Of a DNA stretch of 64,000 nt, positions 1 through 10,599 are shown piece by piece. The DNA is taken from positions 1 to 64,000 of IMG/VR virus record IMGVR_UViG_3300042481_000164; one strand, written 5' to 3'. Each line of letters opens with the position of its first letter. Positions within the stretch are counted from its first letter, which is position 1. A program made the position numbers and the translations under genes. The stretch is from a virus (lineage: Duplodnaviria; Caudoviricetes). The notes under the pieces are model-generated. The model searched no databases, was not told the origin of the DNA, and saw nothing but the letters and a program-made list of their open reading frames with translations.

Positions 1-525
1 AATTTTGAAAAGTGTAATTGTGAAACAGTTAGACCTTTTGATACAACATGTCCTACACCTAATAAATGTAGTGATAAAGAAATGTTCAATGCTGATTGCT
101 TTGAATATACTACAGCTGATATTAAGTGTGGTACCAAGAGTGTTATATTTGCTAACAATCCCTTATCACAAATACTATCTAACATAGTAGAATTTTTATG
201 TAGTAAGAGATGTGATATAAAAGCTGTTATTAATGTGTCTTCTACAAATGATTTGTTATTAGAATCTACAGTTACAGGTGGTACAGGTCCTTATACTTAT
301 TTATGGTCTGAAAGTCAAAATTCAGAGTACTTAGGTCATGAAGAAAATAACGGTGGTGTTCTTACAGATCCCACATTACTTTTAGCACTTAAAACAGATA
401 ACTATTTTCAAGGTATATCTGCAAATGCTATTTATAAAACATTAATTAAACTTAAAGTTACAGATGCTAATGGATGTACAGCAGATGCTTATTATACAAT
501 TGCTAATTCTGTAACCTTAACATAA
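1..525 (+). CDS. 5'-truncated Cys-rich virion (fibre/decoration) protein with SprB-like repeat
   Basis: Frame 1 is open from base 1 (NFEKCNCETVRPFDTTCPTPNKCSDKEM...), so the real start lies upstream of the window. It contains GGTGPYTYLWS...LKVTDANGC, the SprB-repeat pattern, and its N-terminus parallels that of the next gene. Confidence 0.6.
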   Translation, partial: NFEKCNCETVRPFDTTCPTPNKCSDKEMFNADCFEYTTADIKCGTKSVIFANNPLSQILSNIVEFLCSKRCDIKAVINVSSTNDLLLESTVTGGTGPYTYLWSESQNSEYLGHEENNGGVLTDPTLLLALKTDNYFQGISANAIYKTLIKLKVTDANGCTADAYYTIANSVTLT

Positions 526-531
526 TATATT

Positions 532-2175
532 ATGAGCAACATTCAAAAATGTAAAAGTTGTAGAGGGAATTTATTTACACCATCACAACCATGTGTTACA
601 CAGCAATGTATTCAGAATACAAAATGTTCTGAAATAATTGATGCTGCATGTATTGCATACTCTGGCCAAGATTTGTTATTGTGCCAGGAGTATAAACTTA
701 TATCACAAAATGATAATGTAGAAGTAGCTCTTCAGAACCTTTTTGCATCAGCTTGTGAGAATTGTGCTATGTCAGTTGAAATTACACCAGTTGAGGGTAG
801 CTATCCTTCTCTTACAGCAGCAGTAACAAATGGAACAGGACCTTATACATATAATTGGTCAATAGCACAAGGACCATTTGTAGGACATGATGTATTAGGT
901 GTAACTAATCTTAATACTCTAGACTTAGAAGGTATTGGAGCTAATTCTATTTTAGCAAATTATCCAACTACTTGTGATTATGTAGTTTTAACAAATTTTA
1001 ATGTAACTGTAACAACTTATCAGTATAGAAATTGTGATGATGAATTAATAACACTTACATTAGATCCTAATGAAACAATTCCTTCACCTATTTGTGTAAA
1101 GCAATGGATTACACCTTTAGGACCAAATGATGCAATAGATAAATTTTTAAATCTAAAAAACAACAGAGCTCTTGGAACACCAAATGTTACATATACTTAT
1201 ACAGCATGTGATGGTGGAACTTATCCTTTTACATTACCAGCTCAAGCTTCTGTAGATCTATGTGTAAGAAAATGGGTATCTACTTTAACAGCACAAGATG
1301 TAATTACTTACGCTCCAACAATATGTGATCAAAGAGAAGTAATAAAATCTACTGTTGTTAGGTTAGATGTAACAGATTCCAAAGGATGTAAAAAATCTGT
1401 TTATTATGATTTCTCTTGTGATTGTTATGTTCAAACACAAGAACCAGAAGGTGTGTACACAGAATATTTAGGAGGTAATTTACAATTCACGGATTTTCCT
1501 ATCCCTGATATAAATTTTCTTGATAGAGATGATACAACAATTACTTGTTCTGAGTTAAAAAGTTTTGGATGTCTTGTAACTGAAGATTTTGTTAATGATT
1601 ATAGAGATTTAAGAGTTGATTTCTATATAGGTACAACTTGTATAGTTGTAGCAGAACAAGACTCAAGTGATCCTGAACAAGTATGTGCATCTAATTTACC
1701 TTTAGACTACACTACATGGGATCCTAATGGTTATGCTGATCAAACAATAGTTAATAAAGGAAGATTAACTACAGTTAATATTGATTTTGGTTGTCCAGAA
1801 TATACTTTTTGGACTTGGAGTAACGTACAGTTTCTTTCTTTAAATGGTGATAGAATAGTAGATAGATTACCAACTGTAAAAGATCATATGGTAAAATTAC
1901 CTGATGTAACTTTAATTTCTCAAATACCAACTACTGGTAAACCAGGTGAATATTTTGAATGTGATCAAGATGGTAATTTTTATGCTTGGGATCCTACATT
2001 GAATCAATTTAGTTCTGTTTTAGGGATGGCAATAGAGACCACTATTCTAATCTTTAAAAGAGCAAGAAGAGATGCTCAGTTAAAAGCTTTTAATGAACTA
2101 GTCATAGCGCAACAAGCATTTTTATTAGCTGCTGATACGTTACCTTTACATAGATATAAATATGAATTAATTTAA
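532..2175 (+). CDS. Cys-rich virion fibre/decoration protein, SprB-like repeat interrupted by two tandem Cys repeats
   Basis: NGTGPYTYNWS...LDVTDSKGC; internal repeats YQYRNCD...ICVKQWITPL and YTYTACD...LCVRKWVSTL; lies in the structural block. Confidence 0.55.
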   Translation: MSNIQKCKSCRGNLFTPSQPCVTQQCIQNTKCSEIIDAACIAYSGQDLLLCQEYKLISQNDNVEVALQNLFASACENCAMSVEITPVEGSYPSLTAAVTNGTGPYTYNWSIAQGPFVGHDVLGVTNLNTLDLEGIGANSILANYPTTCDYVVLTNFNVTVTTYQYRNCDDELITLTLDPNETIPSPICVKQWITPLGPNDAIDKFLNLKNNRALGTPNVTYTYTACDGGTYPFTLPAQASVDLCVRKWVSTLTAQDVITYAPTICDQREVIKSTVVRLDVTDSKGCKKSVYYDFSCDCYVQTQEPEGVYTEYLGGNLQFTDFPIPDINFLDRDDTTITCSELKSFGCLVTEDFVNDYRDLRVDFYIGTTCIVVAEQDSSDPEQVCASNLPLDYTTWDPNGYADQTIVNKGRLTTVNIDFGCPEYTFWTWSNVQFLSLNGDRIVDRLPTVKDHMVKLPDVTLISQIPTTGKPGEYFECDQDGNFYAWDPTLNQFSSVLGMAIETTILIFKRARRDAQLKAFNELVIAQQAFLLAADTLPLHRYKYELI

Positions 2176-2180
2176 TTAGT

Positions 2181-2750
2181 ATGGATCCATTTGAGTATAA
2201 AAATGATTTAAAAACTATTGGTAATACATGTGTAGGTTACTCACCTGATGTTAATAATCTTGGTGTAGATGATATGTATTCAACATACAGAGCATCAAGA
2301 GATTCTTATAAAAAAGCTTTAGAAGAATATTTATTAACTATGTTTAAAAGTAAATATTTTGATCAAAATAATAATTTTTGTACTGATTGTATTAGTCAAT
2401 TAAATTATGGAAAACTTATTGACAAAGTACAAGGACCAAATGGTGTTATAACATATTTTGATGAAGTATTTGGTGATGTTGTATTAAGATTTTGGAATTC
2501 ATTGTATGCTCCTGGTGATCCTAATAAATTATCTGGTACAGTAACTTATAATGAAATAAGAAAACTGTATTATCCATCTGGTCAAGTCATACCTTATACA
2601 TTAGTTGTAGATTATACAAATGCTCAAGTACCATCAAAAGCATTGTATAAAGAATATAGAACAAAACTTGGAGTATTTTTACAAAAACTAAAAGAGTTTC
2701 ATTACATGAGTATGAAGATGTCTTTTCCTGTATTTACTCCTCCGGTCTAA
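2181..2750 (+). CDS. hypothetical (putative virion) protein
   Basis: 189-aa ORF tightly coupled to the upstream gene and followed by a terminator. Confidence 0.6.
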   Translation: MDPFEYKNDLKTIGNTCVGYSPDVNNLGVDDMYSTYRASRDSYKKALEEYLLTMFKSKYFDQNNNFCTDCISQLNYGKLIDKVQGPNGVITYFDEVFGDVVLRFWNSLYAPGDPNKLSGTVTYNEIRKLYYPSGQVIPYTLVVDYTNAQVPSKALYKEYRTKLGVFLQKLKEFHYMSMKMSFPVFTPPV

Positions 2751-2787
2751 TTAGTTGCAGTTTGTTGGTTTATCTTCAACTAGACAT

Positions 2788-2815
2788 ACCCCTGCACTTG
2801 TAGGGGTTTTGTTTT
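2788..2815 (+). terminator. rho-independent terminator
   Basis: ACCCCTGC-ACTT-GTAGGGGT hairpin followed by TTTGTTTT. Confidence 0.75.
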
Positions 2816-2820
2816 ATATC

Positions 2821-2857
2821 TATATTTGTTAAACTAACTAATTTTTACTATATTATT
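2821..2857 (+). promoter_or_regulatory. Bacteroidota-type -7 promoter element (TATATTTG) plus TTTACTATATTA motif ahead of the tail operon
   Basis: TAnnTTTG at 2821-2828 with TTG 20 nt upstream; the downstream sequence is shared with the sites at 29287 and 52796 and with the intergenic motif at 13829. Confidence 0.5.
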
Positions 2858-3439
2858 ATGAGAGAGTTTAAGAAACCTGATTTATCAGCACCAAGGTATA
2901 GACCTGAAGTACTTACACTTTTGAATAAAGAGTTCTTTGATAGCTTTAAAAAGAAATATCCTAAGTATAATGCTTATGATAATAAAGCTTTAAAAGACAT
3001 TGCTAAAGCATTTAACAAAGCATTGTATACAATGGTAATTGATAATAGAGATGGAGTACAATTACCAGAACAAATAGGTTGGCTTTTTATTGGTACATGT
3101 CAAAACAGTAAGAAGAAAAATGTTGACTTTGCCAAATCAAAACAATATGGTGTAGAAGTATCCAATAACAATTTTGCAACAGACGGAAAGCTTGCTAAAA
3201 TATTTTTTACAAACTATGCACCAAAACACAAAATAAAAAATAGAGAGTTTTGGAGTTTCACAGCATGTAGAGATTTTAAAAGAGCTGTCTCTAAATCATA
3301 TCCTGAAAATTGGAATATGTATTTAGTAGTACAAAATACAAAAGCAATTAAAGAAGTATATCTGAAGTTGCAGTATGAAAAAATAAATAAAAGAGAGACT
3401 CTAAAAAAACTAGAGACTTATAATGAATTTGACTTATGA
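2858..3439 (+). CDS. IHF/HU-like DNA-binding protein (crAss-like IHF homologue)
   Basis: Helix LKDIAKAFNKALYTMVID followed by GVQLPEQIGWLFI resembles the HU/IHF fold. Its position before the tail ring genes matches crAss-like synteny. Confidence 0.6.
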   Translation: MREFKKPDLSAPRYRPEVLTLLNKEFFDSFKKKYPKYNAYDNKALKDIAKAFNKALYTMVIDNRDGVQLPEQIGWLFIGTCQNSKKKNVDFAKSKQYGVEVSNNNFATDGKLAKIFFTNYAPKHKIKNREFWSFTACRDFKRAVSKSYPENWNMYLVVQNTKAIKEVYLKLQYEKINKRETLKKLETYNEFDL

Positions 3440-4107
3440 CTACAGTAGGAGAAGCAATATCAAGAGTTAGGAATACACTAAAGGCCGTTAAAGAAGATGC
3501 CTTCTTGACTGACCGTGTGATTTACTACTCTATTGTAAAATATGGACAAGCTCTTCTCAAGAGAGAAGACAATCAATATAGATTGATGCAGATAAGTAAT
3601 ATATTTTCTGTATTACCTTATGTGGAATTAATTGATGTTGATAAGATAGAAGCTGGATGTACTGGTGTATATTCAGGTTGCTATTTTAAAAGAACTAAAG
3701 AAAAAATTCCAGATATACTTTCTGGAATGTTTGGACCTGTTATACGCACTGTATCTTCAATAGATGGTTCAGAAATTATCTTTAGAACAAATCCTGGTAC
3801 TTGGGTTTCTATAACTAAATCTACTACATTCAAATACAATAAAAGAAAATATTTTTGGTTCTTAAATGGCTATTTATATTTTCCTAATTTGATTTGGGAT
3901 GCAGTAAGAGTAGAGGCTTTATTCCAAGGAGACAAAGGAGATTTCTTATGTGATCCAGAAGATCAGTGTAAACTTAAACAAGATCTTGGATTACCATTCC
4001 CAGAGTATTTATTTTCTGAGATTGAACAGTTTGTTGTTAAAGAATTATCAATGTCATTACAAATTTCTACTGACGGACCAGATGATGGTCAAAATATTTT
4101 AAGATAA
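3436..4107 (+). CDS. tail ring/tubular (adaptor) protein
   Basis: Size, ATGA coupling and position between the IHF-like gene and the muzzle gene match crAss-like ring proteins. Confidence 0.55.
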   Translation: MTTVGEAISRVRNTLKAVKEDAFLTDRVIYYSIVKYGQALLKREDNQYRLMQISNIFSVLPYVELIDVDKIEAGCTGVYSGCYFKRTKEKIPDILSGMFGPVIRTVSSIDGSEIIFRTNPGTWVSITKSTTFKYNKRKYFWFLNGYLYFPNLIWDAVRVEALFQGDKGDFLCDPEDQCKLKQDLGLPFPEYLFSEIEQFVVKELSMSLQISTDGPDDGQNILR

Positions 4108-5162
4108 TGGACTTCAATTACACAATAAAATATAGAACCTTTGATCAGTTGATGGAAGATGTTCTTATTGATCTACCAACTTTTGCATTGGAGAACATGA
4201 TAGATCCACAGCAGTTAATTAAACTTGCTAGAAAAATTAACTATGACTTAGGTCTGAGACTTAATCAAACTAAGGAAGTTATATTAGATGTTTGTCACGG
4301 TAAAGTAAAACTACCGGATGATTTCTATGTATGGAACTATGGTCTTATATGCTATGATAGAGTAGAGCATGTTGGTTATGATGGTATGGTTGGTGGAACT
4401 AATATACAAGAAGTTCCTTGGAATCCTGTAAAATACCAAGAAGCCCCGTCAACAATAGACACCTGCGCTGTTCCTACAGTAAATTGTAGAACATGTAACT
4501 CTAATCCATGTAATCAAACAGCAGGATGTTTAGGACACACAGAACCTACTAATGTTATACCAACAGAGTATGATCCAAATAATCCTTATGGTGATACTTG
4601 TATTGCTCCAAGAGTATTCATGAATTGTAAAGGTGAGCAGTATGAACTTATTCAGGTTGTAAAATCTGGAGCAACAAGAACATACAAATCACTTGTGCAA
4701 CTTAGAATGAAAGCAAGTCAGAACATAGATTGTGAATGTCCTAACTTGTATTACAATGGACCAGATCAAGGTTGGCTTAAAGATGGTTTCTTATTTACTA
4801 CATTCCAAGATGGACATGTGTATGTAAACTATCAAGGAGAGCTTATTGATAATGATGGAAACATTATGGTTCCTGATCATCCAAGACTTAATGATTACTA
4901 TGAGTATGCATTTAAGAAAAGAATAATTGAAAACTTAGCACTTAATGGTGAAAATGTAGCACAGAGATTACAGATTATTTTACCAGAATTAAAAGATGCT
5001 AGAGTAAATGCATTGAACTTTATAAATACTCCAAACTTCAAAGAGATGGAGCAACTATGGTGGACTAACAGAAGAGCACAGTATTCTAAATACTATGATA
5101 TGTTCAAAGCTCCAACCTATGGAAATTACGCAAGATTAAACTATAATACTAAAGTGATATAA
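4107..5162 (+). CDS. tail ring/tubular protein with Cys-rich insertion
   Basis: KVKLPDDFY...YVNYQG...MVPDHP pattern typical of P22 gp4-like ring/adaptor proteins; synteny. Confidence 0.55.
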   Translation: MDFNYTIKYRTFDQLMEDVLIDLPTFALENMIDPQQLIKLARKINYDLGLRLNQTKEVILDVCHGKVKLPDDFYVWNYGLICYDRVEHVGYDGMVGGTNIQEVPWNPVKYQEAPSTIDTCAVPTVNCRTCNSNPCNQTAGCLGHTEPTNVIPTEYDPNNPYGDTCIAPRVFMNCKGEQYELIQVVKSGATRTYKSLVQLRMKASQNIDCECPNLYYNGPDQGWLKDGFLFTTFQDGHVYVNYQGELIDNDGNIMVPDHPRLNDYYEYAFKKRIIENLALNGENVAQRLQIILPELKDARVNALNFINTPNFKEMEQLWWTNRRAQYSKYYDMFKAPTYGNYARLNYNTKVI

Positions 5163-5163
5163 T

Positions 5164-8100
5164 ATGTCAAACATGCAAGATACTTCTCAGAATATTACTG
5201 ACAGTTTCATAAAGGGTCTGAACAAAGATTCTGATCCTTCTTATGTAACTGAAGGAATGTGGACGCATGCAGTAAACATGGTCAACAATTCTAAGACAGG
5301 TAGAGTGGGTTCATTATCTAATGAATCTTCTAATTATATTTGTTTTGAATCAGGTAAATTCTTTCCTCCAAATGTTACAGAAAAATATGTAATAGGGGCA
5401 ATATACTTATACTCAGATAAATGGGTAATACTTACAGCAGGACATAATTCATTAGGGCAGCCTGTTAATTCTGAAATAGGATTATTTGAAGAAGAGAACT
5501 GTGTTTACAGACCAATTGTAATTGATCCATGTTTAAAGTTTGATAAGAGATATTTGATATCAGGTACTTCTAGAGAAAGAGAAGATTGTACTTGGCAAAT
5601 ATATTGGGCTGATGGTTTAAATCCTGATAGATTTTTAAATATTGGAAACTCTAAAACTTGGCCATCATTAGATGATTATATTTTTGGTGGTGCAACAGGA
5701 GTTAATGCTAATTACTATTTATTACTAAACAGTAGTACAAGAATTCTTTGGCCAGGTGTACAGTGGAATGAAACTTGTAAGATTATAAATGATTGTAACA
5801 TATGTGAAAATGTTAACACTCTTGATTGTGAAAAAATAAGATTAGCAAGACTAATGACTACACCGTGTCTTAGATTAAAGTTAGGACAAACAGGTGGTAC
5901 ATTGGCTAATGGTACTTACTTTGTAGTAATTGCTTATTTAATAAATGGTCAGAAAGTTACAGATTACTTTTCACAAAGTAACTACCAGTTTATATATTCT
6001 CCTGATGATCTTGAAGGTTCTTTAGATTTAGAGATTGAAGCAGACAGAATAAACTTTGATGAGTTTGAGTTAGTAATAGTAAGTTGTACTAATCAACAAA
6101 CTGTTGCTAAAAGAATGGGTGTTTATTCAACAAATACTTCAGCAATATCATTTGATCAAATTGATCCTTCTAACATTTCAATTCCATTAGAGCAATTACC
6201 ATTAAAAACTCCAGTGTTTGAAACTAGTGATCAGATTGCAGAATTAAATACTTACTTGCTAAGAGTAGGTCCTAAATCTAAATTTGATTTTAATTACCAG
6301 CCTTTGGCTAATATGATTACAACTAAGTGGGCTTCTGTAGAATATCCTGCTGAGTATTATATGAAAGGTGGTAACAAAACAAATTACATGAGGGATGAAG
6401 TATATTCATTTTTTATTAGATGGGTTTACAACACAGGAGACAAAACATCTTCATACCATATTCCGGGAAGAGCACCAAGACAATTTACCGTTCCTACAAC
6501 AGGTACATCATTCTTAGAAACATCTACATTAAATGGAGATACAAATACTTTAACCACAAATGAAAAAGTATTTGAGATATATAACACAGCTTCAGCTGAT
6601 AATAACAATAGTTATATTGGTACTAAGACTGATGATGGGGGGACTGTTATAGCAACAGGTGACATGGGATACTGGGAATCAACAGAGAGTTATCCAGATA
6701 ATAGACCTGATTTATGGAATCCAAGTAGTTTGTGTTGGACAGGAGCTGCAGATGCTTCTTTTGATTTATGTGGTAAGCGTATCAGACATCATAAATTTCC
6801 TGAAGACTTTATTAATAATAGCCCAACTACAGATGTAATTAGATTTAGAAGTAATCCTACACCGCAAACTGCTGTGGGTAATGATTATTTTATAAGATTG
6901 ATGGGTGTATTTTTTACAAATATACAGCTACCAAAAGATAATGATGGTAATGATATACCAGGAATAGTAGGTTATGAAATACTTAGAGGATCTAGAGAGG
7001 GTAACAAAACTATTGTTGCTAAAGGGATGGTTAATAATTATAGAACTTATGCTATTGCCGGTAATAACAATTACACAGGTCTTTATGCTAATTACCCGTT
7101 TAATACAATCACTCCTTTAAGTTCTACTTTAGGGGGTAATGTTCAAGGAGAGTCCGATCCATTTATTAAAGCTGGGCTTAAAGCTAGTGTACCTTCAGAT
7201 GTAATAAGCTTTCACTCACCGGATACTATGTTTAGAACTCCGTTCTTATCTACTCCTGAGTTTAAACTGTATGGTCATATACAAGGTTTATCAAATCAAC
7301 AATTTGTTACACCATCTGATCATCCTAAATTTAAATTGCTATCTGATGCTACAGTTTTTGTAATGATAATATTTGGTCTTGCTGAAGCAATTATATCAGG
7401 TGTAGGTAAAAGAACTACTGTACAGACAGGTGCTGCATTTCAAAGTTTAGTAGGTCCTGATATAACAGGAAAAGAAATTGGTGGTGGTGATATAAAGGGT
7501 GGCTCAAGTGGACAAGAAAGTATAAATGGTACAGGTACTGCTACTATTTCTAATGTTAATGTTACTCATACTAATATTGTAGGTTCACCTTTAAAAGGAG
7601 GTGATATAAGTACAAAAGAAGATGAATATACAGATGTAAGTAAAAATTCAGTAATTGCTAATATTAATTCTACACAAGCATTAATCACTGGTTATAATGC
7701 AGCAACAGGTGCCTTAGCTGATTTAGCTACTGCTGGTTTAGTTGATGTATTAGGTGGTATATATCAGGCATCAGCTACTACTAACTTATCACAAAAAGGA
7801 GCAGTGTATACAGCTCCTGAATTACAAACAGAAATTGCTAAAACAAATTATTTACCAGGACCTCTTAGAGTACTAGCATTGGGTCAAAATATTGCAACAT
7901 ACTTTTCTCAAGGTGTAGACATAGCACTTAAAATAATGTATGCTGTTACATCTTACAAACCATTTGCTCTTCAGATGAAAGCTTATGGTTTTTATTCACA
8001 GATGCAACCTGTAGGTAATAATGATATTAAAAGATTTACTATTGAAGATGCTTTTTATTTAAGAGATAATATTCAACAAATGAGTAAGTATCTTGATAAT

Positions 8101-10599
8101 AATGGTATTTATAGATCTTACAGTATTAATAATTTAAAAAGACCTGCTACAGTTACATTAAGAGTTAAAAATGGTGCTAATCAAAATGTAGGTCCTAAAC
8201 TTTTAAATATTGATGAATCATTAGTTACATTAGGTACATTAATACAAACAAAAGGTGTTTCTTCTCCAAGTTTTAAAGCAAATGATATAAGTGATCCTTT
8301 TAGTTTACCTATTGCTAGTCACTATGGAGCTCTTAAAGGTAGAGTAAGAAACCAATATGGACAGTTAGATTCAATTAAACAAATTACAATTTCTAATTGT
8401 GAACAAAAACTTACTGGATCTAACATACAATCAATAACTCCTGTTATATGTAATTCTGTTAGTAAAACTAGATTTGTAATTCCTAGAACACCAATATTTT
8501 TTGGAGGTGATACTTATGTAAATAGATACACAGAAAAAAATAACATGTGTTTCTTTTTTGATTGGTTATATAATGAACCAGATGGTTTTGAATATAATTA
8601 CTTTTTAAAGAGTATGATTCCTCATCCAAGATTTAGATTAAATAGTCAGTTATATGATGCTAGTAATTTAGCAGAGTTATTTACAGATTTTGCAACTTTT
8701 GCAACTAATGCACAAACTCCTGGTACTGGTCCTTTACCTTCAAATTTTTATAATCTTGATTATTTAGAAGGTGGTCAACAATATAATTACAATACTGATA
8801 CTGCTTCTAATTATCCTGGGTTCTTTATTTGTAGAGATTCTTACTTCTACTTAGCAGCATCTTCTATAAGAGATTTCTTTGTTGAATCTGAAGTACTACT
8901 AGATTTTAGAAAGCAAGCAGACAATATTGGTAATAAGTTTTATGATCCTTACAGATATACTAACTACCAAGAAATGTTTGACATGAATCCGGAAATTATG
9001 GGTAAGAATTCTTTTTACCAGTATGACTATTCATTAAGTGTTTCTAAATTATACAACCAGTATTTCTCATTAGGTTCTATACAAAGTAGATACTATGATC
9101 CAAATGTATCTGAGTTATGTTATACTTATTTTCCTAATAGAATTATCTATTCATTACCGCAACAGGATGAGGCAATTAAAGATAGTTGGATGGTTTATTT
9201 AGTAAACAACTATAAAACATTTAAGTCTCAAATCAGTGGAGTAAAACCTATAAACAAATCAGGTATCATTATTACTTTTAGAAATGATAGCCCTTTAATG
9301 TTCCAAGGTGTAGATACACTTAATACTGATTTAGGAACTAAAGTTACTATTGGAGATGGAGGATTATTTAGTCAACCTGCCCAAGCTGTAGCAAATTCTG
9401 ATAAGGCATATGAATACGGAGCTTCTCAAAACAGATTGTCTGTGATATCAACTCCAGTGGGTATATTCTATATATCTCAAGCAGCTGGTAAAATATTCTC
9501 ATATGGCTCAGGACTTCAGGAATTATCTCAGCAAGGGATGAAATGGTGGTTCACACTTTTCTTACCGTACAAATTAACAGTAGACTTTCCTTTATATCCA
9601 TATCAAGATAACCCGGTAGCTGGAATTGGATGTCAATCAGTATTTGATAATACTAACACTATCTTGTACTTCTGTAAGAAAGATTACCAATTAATTGATA
9701 AGTACAAAGGTAGAACTACATATGTTCCTCTAAGAGCAGATGGTACAGGTGATTATTTCATTGTGGATAAAAATGATGCTTTCCAATATAGATTAGGTGA
9801 TCCAACTATATTCAGAGATGCATCATGGACTGTAAGTTATGACCCTAAGAGTCAATTCTGGATTAGTTTCCATGACTGGCATCCAGACTTATTATTACCT
9901 ACTAAAGATGTATTTATATCTACAAAAGGTACTGGAGGTTGGAGACATAACTGGCTATGTGATTCTTACTGTAATTACTATGGTCAAGACTATGCCTGTG
10001 AAATAGATATTCCAATTGTGTCAGGTCAAACTATTACTACTACAAGATCTATTGAATACATAATGGAGGCTTATAGAAAATCTAGTAACTGTGTAGACTC
10101 ACACCATGTACTAGATTATAACTTTGATACAGCTGTTGTTTATAACTCTGAACAAGTTTCTGGATATTTAAATTTAAATTTATATCCTAAAAATGATTTA
10201 GTATTAGCAAGACAGTATCCAAAAGTAAATCTTAATAATAACTCTTTTGATATCTTATTCTCAAAAGAAGAAAACAAATATAGATTTAATCAGTTTTGGG
10301 ATATTACTAAAAACAGAGGTGAATTCCCAATAGGTGGAACATATCCTCCAATAGGACCTGTAGTACCTAATACTACATTGTTAATAGGTAACTATACAAA
10401 TGAAACAACATGGATTACTGAACCAGATGGTTTTAGAAGAGAGCTTAATGTAAATAATCTTGATTATACAAAACCAGAATTACAAAGAAAAAAGTTCAGA
10501 CATTACATGAGTTTTGTTAACTTAAAGAAAAATAAATCTGGTAACACCAATATTATTTTGAAGATCAGCAATAGTAAAAATGAAATTTCTCTAAGATAA
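5164..10599 (+). CDS. tail stabilisation / muzzle protein (P22 gp10-like, crAss-type)
   Basis: 1811 aa; N-terminal KGLNKD...W.HA.N; YMRDEVYSFFIRW; GGDTYVNRY; C-terminal WTVSYDP...WISFHDW, all typical of crAss-like tail stabilisation proteins. Confidence 0.7.
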   Translation: MSNMQDTSQNITDSFIKGLNKDSDPSYVTEGMWTHAVNMVNNSKTGRVGSLSNESSNYICFESGKFFPPNVTEKYVIGAIYLYSDKWVILTAGHNSLGQPVNSEIGLFEEENCVYRPIVIDPCLKFDKRYLISGTSREREDCTWQIYWADGLNPDRFLNIGNSKTWPSLDDYIFGGATGVNANYYLLLNSSTRILWPGVQWNETCKIINDCNICENVNTLDCEKIRLARLMTTPCLRLKLGQTGGTLANGTYFVVIAYLINGQKVTDYFSQSNYQFIYSPDDLEGSLDLEIEADRINFDEFELVIVSCTNQQTVAKRMGVYSTNTSAISFDQIDPSNISIPLEQLPLKTPVFETSDQIAELNTYLLRVGPKSKFDFNYQPLANMITTKWASVEYPAEYYMKGGNKTNYMRDEVYSFFIRWVYNTGDKTSSYHIPGRAPRQFTVPTTGTSFLETSTLNGDTNTLTTNEKVFEIYNTASADNNNSYIGTKTDDGGTVIATGDMGYWESTESYPDNRPDLWNPSSLCWTGAADASFDLCGKRIRHHKFPEDFINNSPTTDVIRFRSNPTPQTAVGNDYFIRLMGVFFTNIQLPKDNDGNDIPGIVGYEILRGSREGNKTIVAKGMVNNYRTYAIAGNNNYTGLYANYPFNTITPLSSTLGGNVQGESDPFIKAGLKASVPSDVISFHSPDTMFRTPFLSTPEFKLYGHIQGLSNQQFVTPSDHPKFKLLSDATVFVMIIFGLAEAIISGVGKRTTVQTGAAFQSLVGPDITGKEIGGGDIKGGSSGQESINGTGTATISNVNVTHTNIVGSPLKGGDISTKEDEYTDVSKNSVIANINSTQALITGYNAATGALADLATAGLVDVLGGIYQASATTNLSQKGAVYTAPELQTEIAKTNYLPGPLRVLALGQNIATYFSQGVDIALKIMYAVTSYKPFALQMKAYGFYSQMQPVGNNDIKRFTIEDAFYLRDNIQQMSKYLDNNGIYRSYSINNLKRPATVTLRVKNGANQNVGPKLLNIDESLVTLGTLIQTKGVSSPSFKANDISDPFSLPIASHYGALKGRVRNQYGQLDSIKQITISNCEQKLTGSNIQSITPVICNSVSKTRFVIPRTPIFFGGDTYVNRYTEKNNMCFFFDWLYNEPDGFEYNYFLKSMIPHPRFRLNSQLYDASNLAELFTDFATFATNAQTPGTGPLPSNFYNLDYLEGGQQYNYNTDTASNYPGFFICRDSYFYLAASSIRDFFVESEVLLDFRKQADNIGNKFYDPYRYTNYQEMFDMNPEIMGKNSFYQYDYSLSVSKLYNQYFSLGSIQSRYYDPNVSELCYTYFPNRIIYSLPQQDEAIKDSWMVYLVNNYKTFKSQISGVKPINKSGIIITFRNDSPLMFQGVDTLNTDLGTKVTIGDGGLFSQPAQAVANSDKAYEYGASQNRLSVISTPVGIFYISQAAGKIFSYGSGLQELSQQGMKWWFTLFLPYKLTVDFPLYPYQDNPVAGIGCQSVFDNTNTILYFCKKDYQLIDKYKGRTTYVPLRADGTGDYFIVDKNDAFQYRLGDPTIFRDASWTVSYDPKSQFWISFHDWHPDLLLPTKDVFISTKGTGGWRHNWLCDSYCNYYGQDYACEIDIPIVSGQTITTTRSIEYIMEAYRKSSNCVDSHHVLDYNFDTAVVYNSEQVSGYLNLNLYPKNDLVLARQYPKVNLNNNSFDILFSKEENKYRFNQFWDITKNRGEFPIGGTYPPIGPVVPNTTLLIGNYTNETTWITEPDGFRRELNVNNLDYTKPELQRKKFRHYMSFVNLKKNKSGNTNIILKISNSKNEISLR

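Noticed and set aside
5-187. 60-aa ORF in frame 2
   Set aside because: It overlaps the frame-1 gene that is open from base 1 and has paralogous Cys motifs.
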